64,000 nucleotides of DNA from a bacterium. Lineage in GTDB: Bacteria; Zhuqueibacterota; Zhuqueibacteria; Residuimicrobiales; Krinioviventaceae. The notes under the pieces are model-generated. The model saw nothing but the letters and a program-made list of their open reading frames with translations, was not told the DNA's origin and made no database searches. The stretch covers positions 1,184,001 through 1,248,000 of the forward strand of contig CAXXMD010000003.1 of NCBI GenBank assembly GCA_963675755.2, given 5' to 3'. The position numbers were made by a program, and so were the translations under genes. Positions 1 to 9,004 of this stretch are shown piece by piece (within the stretch, counting starts at the first letter, position 1; every line of letters starts with the position of its first letter).

Positions 1-1264
1 CAGTCATTGGTCTCTCAATATTCTCTGGTCTATGATCTACCCGGAAGTAGTAGATGACTTTTGCAACAGTATGATCGATATGTACCAAAACGGCGGCCTC
101 ATTCCACGTGGCCCCTCGGGAGGCAATTACACCTATGTGATGATTGGTGACCCCGCAGCGCCCATTTTTGCGTCTGCTTATAATAAAGGCATCCGCAATT
201 GGGATACAGAAGCCGCATATACCGGTCTTCGTAAAAACGCCTTTCCCGGTGGTATTCGTGACCGAGCAGGATACGAACACGGACCCAATCCCAAAGGCGG
301 CGGTATGATCTATTACGTCAACAGAGGTTACGTACCTGAAGGCCTAGAGGGAGAGGGATACCATAAAGATGGCGCTGCCATGACCCTGGAATATGCCTAT
401 CAGGATTGGTGCTTGGGTCAACTGGCTAAAGCACTGGGTAAAACTGAAGATTATGATCTGTTTACCAAACGCGCGCAAAACTATAAAAACCTGTGGGATC
501 CCTCTGTTAACTTTATGCGCCCACGCAACATGGATGGTTCCTGGCTGCCGGATTTCAAACCAGTAGGTGAAGGATTCAACACCATAGGCTTTTGCGAAAG
601 CAACTCGGCAATATATACTCATTTTGTTCCTCACGATGTTAAAGGATTAGCGGAACTGTTTGGTGGAGTTGAAGCCTATACCGATTCGCTCAACGCTGCT
701 TTTGAACGCGCTCAAGGCAACAAGTTTATTGCAAAACATGGACAGCACAGCATCAGCTGGGTTGATTATGAAAACCAACCCGCAACAGGTATGGCCCATC
801 TGTTCAATTACAGTGGCGCTCCCTGGCTGACTCAAAAATGGGTGCGTTTGATCAAAGAACAAACATTTGGTGATATTACCCCTTATGGCGGTTACAACGG
901 TGATGAAGACCAGGGTCAGATGGGTGCCTTGGGTGTATTGATGGCAATCGGTTTATTTCAGGAAGATGGTGGAGCGTCTATAAATAACTGGTATGATATT
1001 ACCAGCCCCATATTCGACGAAATTACCCTGCACCTGAATAACGATTATTTCCCTGGCAGCACTTTTACCATTAAAACAAAAAACAATTCCGCTGAAAACA
1101 TGTATATCCAATCCGCAACGCTAAACGGTGAAACATTGAATAAAAGCTGGTTTGGTCATGATGTTTTTGCCAAAGGCGGAACCCTGGAACTTGTTATGGG
1201 ACCTGAGCCTAACAAAAACTGGGCAAGCGATATTAATAGCTTACCCCCCTCGAACGGAAAATAA
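1..1264 (+). CDS. GH92 family alpha-1,2-mannosidase, 5'-truncated by the window edge
   Basis: Frame is open from the window start. Motifs MIGDPAAP, TLEYAYQDW, FCESNSAIY, YENQP, GDEDQGQMGA and the C-terminal ENMYIQSATLNG are typical of GH92. Confidence 0.9.
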   Translation, partial: SHWSLNILWSMIYPEVVDDFCNSMIDMYQNGGLIPRGPSGGNYTYVMIGDPAAPIFASAYNKGIRNWDTEAAYTGLRKNAFPGGIRDRAGYEHGPNPKGGGMIYYVNRGYVPEGLEGEGYHKDGAAMTLEYAYQDWCLGQLAKALGKTEDYDLFTKRAQNYKNLWDPSVNFMRPRNMDGSWLPDFKPVGEGFNTIGFCESNSAIYTHFVPHDVKGLAELFGGVEAYTDSLNAAFERAQGNKFIAKHGQHSISWVDYENQPATGMAHLFNYSGAPWLTQKWVRLIKEQTFGDITPYGGYNGDEDQGQMGALGVLMAIGLFQEDGGASINNWYDITSPIFDEITLHLNNDYFPGSTFTIKTKNNSAENMYIQSATLNGETLNKSWFGHDVFAKGGTLELVMGPEPNKNWASDINSLPPSNGK

Positions 1265-1276
1265 CGGGAGATAAAG

Positions 1277-3241
1277 TTGAGAATAACAGCGGTTATTATA
1301 CTATCTATTCTAAGCATGTTGGGAAATGTCACTGCAGAAGAAATGCCCTTAAACCTGCTAAGCGGTAACTATACATATAATGATATTTCAACATCACTTT
1401 TATCAATAGATAACTGGCACCCCTGGCCATCCATATCAAATACGAGTGAATGGTCTGAACTTTCAGCAAACCTGAAAACCAACCTGTTGAATGAGGGAGT
1501 AGCACTTTTAGATTGTCAATGGCCCTCACTGCCTGCCACCCTATTTCTCGAATTTAACAGAATGGGTAATCGCACCAATTATCAGAATGCCTGTTTTCAA
1601 CGAAGAAACCAGTTGGGTAAACTGGTTATTGCTGAATGTGTGGAAAATAAGGGTCGTTTCCTCGATGAAATTGCGAACGGCATTTGGGCCATATGCGAAG
1701 AAACGTATTGGGGTGTGCCAGCTCATGTTCACTTGCAAAAAGATGAATCAGGCTTGCCCGATGTATCAGAGCCCACGGTAGATCTGTTTGCCGCAGAAAC
1801 CGGTGCACTGTTGGCCTGGACCTATTATCTGCTTGAAGACAAGTTGGATGCAATCTCTCCACTTGTCAATAAACGTATTGAGCTTGAAATCAAGCGACGC
1901 ATAATTGATGTTTGCCTGGAACGGGATGACTTTTGGTGGATGGGGTTAAGCCGTGTAAGAACGGTTAACAATTGGAATCCCTGGGTATGCTCAAACTGGT
2001 TAACCTGTGTTTTAATAATTGAAAATGATCCACAAAAACGTGTGGATTCGGTATACAAGATTATGCGCTGCCTGGATGAATTTATCAATCCTTATCCACG
2101 TGATGGTGGGTGTGATGAAGGCCCCGGTTATTGGGGACGAGCCGGAGCTTCATTGTATGATTGTCTTGAATTATTACAATCTGCAACCCAGGGCAAAGTA
2201 GATATTTTCGACGAGCCCCTGATCCAGGAAATGGGACGCTATATCTATCGTGTATATGTTGACAATGGATATTATATAAACTTTGCTGACGCAAGTGCAA
2301 AAGCAGGTTCTAACACATACGTAACTTTCCGTTATGGAAAATCAATCAAAGATCAAAGGATGCAGGGATTTGCTGCGTATCACTTTCACAAATCCAATCC
2401 TGAAAAAACGGCTCCTTCCTTTAGCGGAAAAGCCATGGGTAGAACGCTTCCCGCAATATTCACATACAAAGAACTCTTGGAAGCAAAACCCAAATTCAGC
2501 CCTGAACCAGATTATTGGTTCTATGACCTTGAGGTTATGCTTGCACGTTCAACTGATGAAAATGGCAAAGGTCTCTATATTGCCGCTAAAGGAGGTCACA
2601 ATAACGAAAGTCATAACCACAACGATGTGGGAAATTTTATTGTTTATTCAGACGGATGGCCGGCGCTTATAGATGTAGGTGTTGAAACCTATACCAAAAA
2701 GACGTTCAGCGGGCAGCGCTATGAAATCTGGACGATGCAATCTGCCTATCACAACTTGCCTGTTATTAACGGTATTATGCAGCATAATGGCAGACAATTT
2801 AAAGCTACGGATGTACAATACAACAGCAATAAAAAACGGGTCGAATTTGAATTAAATCTGACAAAAGCATATCCCGAGGATGCTGGTGTAAAATCCTGGA
2901 AGCGAAAGATCACTTTTAACCGTAATAAAGATATTACCCTGACAGATCAGTACATGCTTGACAAAACGGAAAAACCTCTGCAATACACACTCATGACCTG
3001 GGCTGAACCAACCATCGACAAAGCAGGGATAATTAGAATACAATTGGCAAACCGCACAGATAATGCGGCAAAAGATATATTGATTTCGTATACCAAAAAC
3101 AATCTGTCTGTAGAAATTGAACCTATTGAAATAACAGATGGACGTTTGAAAAGCGTGTGGCAGGATAAAGTATATCGCATTCTGTTTACCGAGAAATCAT
3201 TAAAACAAAAAGGTGAAAACAAGATTAAAATTTCCCAATAA
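1277..3241 (+). CDS. Heparinase II/III-like secreted protein (polysaccharide lyase-like fold)
   Basis: Signal peptide, TTG start with GGGAGA SD, and motifs NNWNPW, DGGCDEGPGYW, NFADA, KGGHNNESHNHNDVGNF, QSAYHNLP. Confidence 0.85.
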   Translation: MRITAVIILSILSMLGNVTAEEMPLNLLSGNYTYNDISTSLLSIDNWHPWPSISNTSEWSELSANLKTNLLNEGVALLDCQWPSLPATLFLEFNRMGNRTNYQNACFQRRNQLGKLVIAECVENKGRFLDEIANGIWAICEETYWGVPAHVHLQKDESGLPDVSEPTVDLFAAETGALLAWTYYLLEDKLDAISPLVNKRIELEIKRRIIDVCLERDDFWWMGLSRVRTVNNWNPWVCSNWLTCVLIIENDPQKRVDSVYKIMRCLDEFINPYPRDGGCDEGPGYWGRAGASLYDCLELLQSATQGKVDIFDEPLIQEMGRYIYRVYVDNGYYINFADASAKAGSNTYVTFRYGKSIKDQRMQGFAAYHFHKSNPEKTAPSFSGKAMGRTLPAIFTYKELLEAKPKFSPEPDYWFYDLEVMLARSTDENGKGLYIAAKGGHNNESHNHNDVGNFIVYSDGWPALIDVGVETYTKKTFSGQRYEIWTMQSAYHNLPVINGIMQHNGRQFKATDVQYNSNKKRVEFELNLTKAYPEDAGVKSWKRKITFNRNKDITLTDQYMLDKTEKPLQYTLMTWAEPTIDKAGIIRIQLANRTDNAAKDILISYTKNNLSVEIEPIEITDGRLKSVWQDKVYRILFTEKSLKQKGENKIKISQ

Positions 3242-3265
3242 TATTATTAACAATCATTAAACTAC

Positions 3266-3294
3266 TTGATTATTTTAATAATTTGTAATATTAT
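3266..3294 (+). promoter_or_regulatory. Putative sigma70 promoter of the methyltransferase island
   Basis: TTGATT-N17-TATTAT upstream of the ATG at 3321. The context is AT-rich, so a chance match is possible. Confidence 0.45.
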
Positions 3295-3320
3295 AACATA
3301 ATGATACAGGATCTTCTTAA

Positions 3321-4211
3321 ATGGAAATAGCATATAAGACAAAAAATGGTGTCTTCCTTAAAGGGAATATTGAAAATTTTTTTGACAGTGAATTATCAAC
3401 CAAATATTCCAACAAAATAAATTTAATTTTTACTTCACCACCATTTCCTTTAAATCGTAAAAAAAAATATGGAAATCTTCAAGGTGAAGATTATATTAAT
3501 TGGCTTTCCTCTTTATCAAAAAAATTTAAAAATTTATTAACTGAGGATGGTTCAATCGTTATAGAATTAGGGAATTCTTGGGAACCTCAAAAACCAGTAA
3601 TGTCAATTCTTTCAATTAAAGCGCTATTGAATTTTTTAGAAAATGGCGACTACAATTTATGCCAACAATTCATTTGGTATAATATTGCTAAATTACCGAG
3701 CCCAGCACAATGGGTAAATGTTGAAAGAATAAGAGTAAAAGATTCATTTACTAACATCTGGTGGATGGGTAAAAATGAAAAACCAAAAGCAAATAATAGA
3801 AATGTTTTGAAAGAATATAGCTCTTCAATGAAAAAGTTACTAAAAAACCAAAAATACAATTCTGGTTTACGTCCTTCAGAACATTTTATTGGAGATAAAT
3901 CATTTTTAAAGAACAATAATGGTGCTATACCTTCAAATGTGCTTATCTCTGCTAATACAACTTCCAACTCAAGTTATCAAAAATATTGCAAAAAAAATGG
4001 TTATCAATTACATCCTGCAAGAATGCCTGCTGATATACCATTTTTCTTTATAAAATTTTTAACCGAACCAGGGGATTTAATTTTAGATCCATTTGCGGGG
4101 AGTAATACAACTGGTTCTGTTGCAGAAGAATTAAATCGAAATTGGATTGCAATTGAACCAAACGAAGAATACATAGAAGGTTCAAAGGGCAGATTTAACT
4201 ACATAGACTAA
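3321..4211 (+). CDS. Beta-class N4-cytosine DNA methyltransferase, M.PvuII-like
   Basis: Motif IV FTSPPF precedes the SAM-binding DPFAGSNTTG. Segments RKKKYGN, KLPSPAQWVN..RIRVKDS, RPSEH.IG, NGAIPSN and HPARMP resemble M.PvuII as I recall it. Confidence 0.9.
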   Translation: MEIAYKTKNGVFLKGNIENFFDSELSTKYSNKINLIFTSPPFPLNRKKKYGNLQGEDYINWLSSLSKKFKNLLTEDGSIVIELGNSWEPQKPVMSILSIKALLNFLENGDYNLCQQFIWYNIAKLPSPAQWVNVERIRVKDSFTNIWWMGKNEKPKANNRNVLKEYSSSMKKLLKNQKYNSGLRPSEHFIGDKSFLKNNNGAIPSNVLISANTTSNSSYQKYCKKNGYQLHPARMPADIPFFFIKFLTEPGDLILDPFAGSNTTGSVAEELNRNWIAIEPNEEYIEGSKGRFNYID

Positions 4212-4220
4212 TTTAACATT

Positions 4221-5024
4221 ATGGCAAGATTACTAGTTACTTCAGACAACTCATGGTATGAAGAGTTAGCATTAATAGCTTCATATTATGAGTCAGAATT
4301 TCAACGGACAATTAAACAACATGTAACAAAAGTTTTCCCCGATTATTTTGTATTAGACTTTACAATGAATGTTTATTCTAATTCTAAGGGACCGAAAAAG
4401 CCAGATATGGTTATGGTTAGTAAGGACTGTAGCGATTGGTGGATAATAGAATTAGAGTTAAGTTCACATACTCTCAATCATGTAGAAGAGCAGGTTGAAG
4501 TATTTGTAAATGGTGATTACAATGCTTATGAAGTCTCAGAATATATTATAAAAAAAAGTAAAAATTTATACATTAATTTTTTGCCCCAAAAAAAACTGTC
4601 TAAACTTATTCAATTAAAACAACCAAACGTTTTGGTTATTGTAGATGAACCAAAAAATAAATGGGAAAAAGCATTAAATTCACTGGGTGCAAGGTTATGT
4701 GTGTTCCAAGTTTACAAAAACACAAATGGAACTGAAGCCTATAGATTAGATGGAATTTATCCAGATATTCAACAAAAAGAATCACATTGTAATTATCATA
4801 AATCAATACCAAACTTGCTAGAAGTTCTGTCTCCTGATTTACTAGAAATTGAAGATGATGAGATACAAATAAGTTTCAATAATAAACTTACTACTTGGAA
4901 AAAAATATTTTTAGAAAACAAAGTTTATCTTAAATCAATAGGTTCAATCAATCCAGTACCTGCAAATAATAATTATGTATTATATATTGATTCTAATAAC
5001 CGTTTTATTTTAAAAATTAACTAA
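4221..5024 (+). CDS. Hypothetical protein with a PD-(D/E)xK-like (PD...ExE) nuclease signature
   Basis: N-terminal helix with YESEFQ, then KPDMVMV...WWIIELELSSH...HVEEQ. Lies 9 nt after the methyltransferase stop. Confidence 0.6.
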   Translation: MARLLVTSDNSWYEELALIASYYESEFQRTIKQHVTKVFPDYFVLDFTMNVYSNSKGPKKPDMVMVSKDCSDWWIIELELSSHTLNHVEEQVEVFVNGDYNAYEVSEYIIKKSKNLYINFLPQKKLSKLIQLKQPNVLVIVDEPKNKWEKALNSLGARLCVFQVYKNTNGTEAYRLDGIYPDIQQKESHCNYHKSIPNLLEVLSPDLLEIEDDEIQISFNNKLTTWKKIFLENKVYLKSIGSINPVPANNNYVLYIDSNNRFILKIN

Positions 5025-5036
5025 GAGGAACTAGTT

Positions 5037-6560
5037 ATGGAATTACAATTAGGGCCTGAAATTATATTGTCTTATAAAAGATTGGCATATACTCCTTGGT
5101 ATGCTTTTGCAGAATTTATTGATAATTCAACCCAAGCTTACTTCAACAACTCAGAAGAACTTGATAAAATTTATAAAAATGAAAACAAAAATTTAACAAT
5201 TAGTATTAAATATAACAATGGTGAAGATAAATATATTGAAATTACAGACAATTCTATGGGAATGGATGAAAATGAATTAATAAATGCTGTTATACTTGGA
5301 AAAACACCAAAGAATAATAATTGGCGTTCAAAATATGGAATTGGATTAAAAACTGCTGCTTGCTGGTTTGGCAATAAATGGACCGTAAAAACAACAAAAT
5401 ATAATGATGATAAAGAACATGAAATTGAATTTAATGTTGCAGAAATTGCTTCTAACAATAGAGATCTTAATCATAAAACAAAAAAAGTGGGCAAAAAAAG
5501 TCATTATACTATTATCAAAATTTATGATCTTAACAGAAATTTATATGGTCGAACTATTCAAAAAATAAAACAACATTTACGTTCTATTTACAGAATAGAT
5601 ATGAATAAATATGGACTTGAACTTTTTTGGCAAGACGAAAAGTTAGAATGGAATTACGAAAAAGAAATAAATAGTCGACTACTTAAAAATATCGACAATG
5701 AAATTATTAAAAGAGAATTTGAGTTTGAAATATATAATAAAAAAGTACATGGTTGGGCTGGCGTTTTTGAAAAAGGTAGTAGGTCTGATGCAGGCTTTTC
5801 TATAATTCAAGCCGACCGGATTATACAAGGGTGGCCTTCATCTTATCGTCCTTCATTATTATTTGGTCCACAAGAAGGAGGAAGAAATGATTTAGTTAAC
5901 CAAAGATTAGTTGGTGAACTTTTTTTTGAAGGTTTTGAAGTCAGTCATACAAAAGACGCAATCCTTTTTTTAGATGATGAAGAGGATTTGCTTGATTCAT
6001 TATTAAATAAAAAAATAGGTGATTTAAAAAAGAAAGCCACTACTTTTAGAAAATATAATTCAGATGAAAGAACTGCGGAGGAAGCTTTTACTGATGATGC
6101 AATATCCGAATTTGAATCAGAATTAAACTCCAAAGAAATGGAAGACTTCATCAAACTATTTGAAATTCCTCCTGAAATGTTAATTAAAGAATCAAATAAA
6201 GTATTAAAAGAAAAAATATTAAAAAAAATACCCCCAACAATTAATGTTAAAATAAATAACTTATTAGTAAAAATATACTTAATCGATGACATGTCAATTA
6301 ATGATCCATATGTAATTACTGAATCAACTCAATTAGAAACTCAAGTAATAGTAATTATTAATAAATCCCACCCACATTGGTTTCATCTTCAATCAAAAGA
6401 AAGTATTTTAAATTACATTAGAAATTCCGTTTACGATGGTGTTGCAGAATGGAAAGCATACTTTTTAACCCAAAATTTTGATCCTGAAACAATAAAACTA
6501 ATTAAAGACAAATTACTACGTTTACCATTTGAAATAGATAAAAATAGTATTAATCTATAA
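5037..6560 (+). CDS. MORC-type GHKL ATPase (HATPase_c_3 plus S5-like domain)
   Basis: GHKL motifs AFAEFIDNSTQA, ITDNSMGM and SKYGIGLKTAA, followed by an S5-like region with RLVGELF and HTKD. GAGGA SD present. Confidence 0.85.
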   Translation: MELQLGPEIILSYKRLAYTPWYAFAEFIDNSTQAYFNNSEELDKIYKNENKNLTISIKYNNGEDKYIEITDNSMGMDENELINAVILGKTPKNNNWRSKYGIGLKTAACWFGNKWTVKTTKYNDDKEHEIEFNVAEIASNNRDLNHKTKKVGKKSHYTIIKIYDLNRNLYGRTIQKIKQHLRSIYRIDMNKYGLELFWQDEKLEWNYEKEINSRLLKNIDNEIIKREFEFEIYNKKVHGWAGVFEKGSRSDAGFSIIQADRIIQGWPSSYRPSLLFGPQEGGRNDLVNQRLVGELFFEGFEVSHTKDAILFLDDEEDLLDSLLNKKIGDLKKKATTFRKYNSDERTAEEAFTDDAISEFESELNSKEMEDFIKLFEIPPEMLIKESNKVLKEKILKKIPPTINVKINNLLVKIYLIDDMSINDPYVITESTQLETQVIVIINKSHPHWFHLQSKESILNYIRNSVYDGVAEWKAYFLTQNFDPETIKLIKDKLLRLPFEIDKNSINL

Positions 6561-6631
6561 CTTTCAAATTATTTTGTTCTTCCTCACTGTAATGCCATTT
6601 TCAAAGTCATTATTTAAATCATTACTAATTC

Positions 6632-6647
6632 TGGTATAACATTTGCT
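6632..6647 (+). promoter_or_regulatory. Putative sigma54 (-24/-12) promoter upstream of pyk
   Basis: TGGTATAACATTTGCT has GG-N10-GC spacing and a TTGCT -12 box. Confidence 0.5.
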
Positions 6648-6711
6648 ATTTTCCAGTTGTTGTACTATCTTTACTGAATATTAATAGAAAACCAAGTACA
6701 AATTTCACATT

Positions 6712-6743
6712 AAATTGTAAATTTTACCTGAAATTTACAATTT
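6712..6743. repeat. Perfect 13-bp inverted repeat immediately before the pyk SD
   Basis: AAATTGTAAATTT-TACCTG-AAATTTACAATTT, directly followed by GAGGA. Confidence 0.75.
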
Positions 6744-6753
6744 GAGGATAAAT

Positions 6754-8547
6754 ATGCGCAAAACAAAAATCATATGTACTATGGGTCCGGCTGTTAGCAG
6801 TGTCGATATCATGAAACAACTCTTGATATCCGGAATGAACATTGCCCGATTCAACTTTTCTCATGGTGATCATGACTATCACAAGAATAATATGGATATG
6901 TTGAGAGAAGCCAGCCGTCAAACGTCTATACCCGTAGCATTGTTACTGGATACAAAAGGGCCGGAAATTCGTACCGGTGTTGTCAAAGATGATAAAAAAA
7001 TCAATCTTGAAAGAGGAAAACATATAATCCTGACAACCGAAGAGATTGAAGGCACTGCTGAACGACTCAGTATTTCGTACAAAGCCCTGCCCGGTGAAAT
7101 ATCCGCAGGCAAGCATATATATATTGCAGATGGACTTGTAGACCTGGAAGTAGAAAAAGTCTCTAATTACGATATCCATTGTATCATCCGGAGTGGTGCA
7201 GAAATTGGCAGCCGTAAAAATGTCAATGTAGTTGGTGTAAGAACATCTCTGCCGGCAATTACAGAAAAAGATATCAAAGACATTATGTTTGGTATTGAAA
7301 ACCAGGTGGATTTTATAGCGGCATCCTTTGTGCGTAAACCCAGCGATATTAAAGAAATTCGCGGCATTATAGACATCTGTGATGTAGACATTGATATTAT
7401 TGCCAAAGTTGAAGATCAGGAGGGGCTGGATAATATTGACGAGATCATCCGGGTAGCAAATGGAGTTATGGTAGCCCGTGGTGATCTGGGTGTACAATTA
7501 CCTCCAGAAGAAATTCCTCTGGTGCAAAAACGTATTATCCGCAAATGCAACATGCATAACAAACCCGTTATTGTTGCCACCCAAATGCTCGACTCTATGA
7601 TAGACAATCCCTCACCCACTCGGGCAGAGGTAACAGACGTAGCTAACGCGATCATGGACGGTACCGACGCAATCATGCTTTCGGGAGAGACTGCGAGCGG
7701 CAAGTACCCCAGCAAAACGGTAGAAATGATGAACAAAATTGCATTGCAGATAGAAAGTTCAGCTGAATACAAATCCCGTCAACGTGAATGCGTCAAGCTG
7801 CCCATGCAAAACAACATGGCAGATACCGTAGCCAGATCAGCATACTTTACCGCCAAAGATATTGGCGCAAATGCTATTGTTACTCCTTCACTTCATGGAA
7901 ACACGCCAAAGCTAATTAGTAAATACAGACCAGACCAGTACATACTTGCAGTTACACCCTATGAACATGTTAGAAGGAAATTACTTTTGTATTGGGGTGT
8001 TTATTCAATCATCTCGGAAGTTACAAGCGATGCCGATTCAATGCTGGAAAACGCTATAGATAAAGGATTAAAAAATGATTTATTGAATCCATTTGACAAG
8101 CTTGTTATTCTTGCCGGTGTTCCTCTCAACTCGCCAATCATGCTAAATACCATACGCGTACATCTGATAGCCAATGTTTTGGGTAAAAGTCTACGCGGTT
8201 ATGGTAAAACCATTTCCGGTAAAATTGTCAAAGTCAAAGATGTACTTGAAGCCAAAGAGCGAATTACAGGAGATGGTACAGAAATTCTGCTGGCAAAATA
8301 TATTGATGAATTGTACAAACCCATTCTAACAAAAATCAAAGGCTATATACTGGAAGAATTTTCTTCCATCAGTTGGGAAGAGATACACAGTATTAATCCG
8401 GAACTTGTTGCCCTTGCCGGAGCATATAAAGCGACGGAAACCCTCAAAGACGGACAAATGGTAACCCTTGATGGTGAAGAAAAACTCGTATTTGAAGGTG
8501 TTGCCCGTGTTAAACACAAAGAGGAAAAACCAACTGATGAAAATTAA
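6754..8547 (+). CDS. pyk: Pyruvate kinase with a C-terminal PEP-utiliser-like extension
   Basis: RKTKIICTMGPA, RFNFSHG, DTKGPEIRTG, MVARGDLG, ATQMLDSM, MLSGETA. Start moved to ATG 6754, which has a GAGGA SD. Confidence 0.97.
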   Translation: MRKTKIICTMGPAVSSVDIMKQLLISGMNIARFNFSHGDHDYHKNNMDMLREASRQTSIPVALLLDTKGPEIRTGVVKDDKKINLERGKHIILTTEEIEGTAERLSISYKALPGEISAGKHIYIADGLVDLEVEKVSNYDIHCIIRSGAEIGSRKNVNVVGVRTSLPAITEKDIKDIMFGIENQVDFIAASFVRKPSDIKEIRGIIDICDVDIDIIAKVEDQEGLDNIDEIIRVANGVMVARGDLGVQLPPEEIPLVQKRIIRKCNMHNKPVIVATQMLDSMIDNPSPTRAEVTDVANAIMDGTDAIMLSGETASGKYPSKTVEMMNKIALQIESSAEYKSRQRECVKLPMQNNMADTVARSAYFTAKDIGANAIVTPSLHGNTPKLISKYRPDQYILAVTPYEHVRRKLLLYWGVYSIISEVTSDADSMLENAIDKGLKNDLLNPFDKLVILAGVPLNSPIMLNTIRVHLIANVLGKSLRGYGKTISGKIVKVKDVLEAKERITGDGTEILLAKYIDELYKPILTKIKGYILEEFSSISWEEIHSINPELVALAGAYKATETLKDGQMVTLDGEEKLVFEGVARVKHKEEKPTDEN

Positions 8548-8983
8548 TGACTATATTACCAAAGAAACCATATTCTTTTTAAACAGCACAGATAAACATG
8601 GCGTACTGAACGAACTGATCAACTCTTCCAAAATTCTGGATGAGCAAAAACGTATTCAGTTCAAACGAGCAATTGATGAAAGAGAGTCTTTGCTCAGTAC
8701 AGGTATAGGCTTGGGTGTTGCAATTCCCCATGCAACAATTCCGGACTGCAAAGACTTTATTATTCTCACCGGATTACTCAAATCTCCGGTAGAATGGGAA
8801 TCCATAGACAAAGCTCCTGTTTCCATCGTTTTTCTTATTGGAGTTCCCCCAAACTCGCACACACAATATTTAAAATTACTATCCCAACTTATGTTAATTG
8901 TTAAAAACAATGAAAAAAGAGAATGCCTGCTAAATGCTGATAACGATGATAAATTGATCCAATGTTTCAATGATCAATTCTAA
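8537..8983 (+). CDS. PTS EIIA type-2 (Ntr/Fru-like) domain protein
   Basis: RESLLSTGIGLGVAIPHA with the phospho-His, and WESIDKAPVSIVFLI. Likely start ATG 8537 overlaps the end of pyk. Confidence 0.9.
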   Translation: MKINDYITKETIFFLNSTDKHGVLNELINSSKILDEQKRIQFKRAIDERESLLSTGIGLGVAIPHATIPDCKDFIILTGLLKSPVEWESIDKAPVSIVFLIGVPPNSHTQYLKLLSQLMLIVKNNEKRECLLNADNDDKLIQCFNDQF

Positions 8984-9004
8984 TTGCAATAACCGGACAA
9001 TAAA

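Noticed and set aside
1-3241. GH92 plus heparinase-like genes as a novel polysaccharide utilisation locus
   Set aside because: Only the tail of the locus is visible and both families are common. It cannot be assessed from this window.
3242-6630. Short AATCATTA repeats on both sides of the methyltransferase island as a target-site duplication
   Set aside because: Only 8 bp and AT-rich, with no integrase or transposase nearby. Expected by chance.
6943-7497. 184-aa minus-strand ORF and similar nested ORFs throughout the window
   Set aside because: Antisense or out-of-frame shadows of well-supported genes such as pyk, with no independent SD or family signal.
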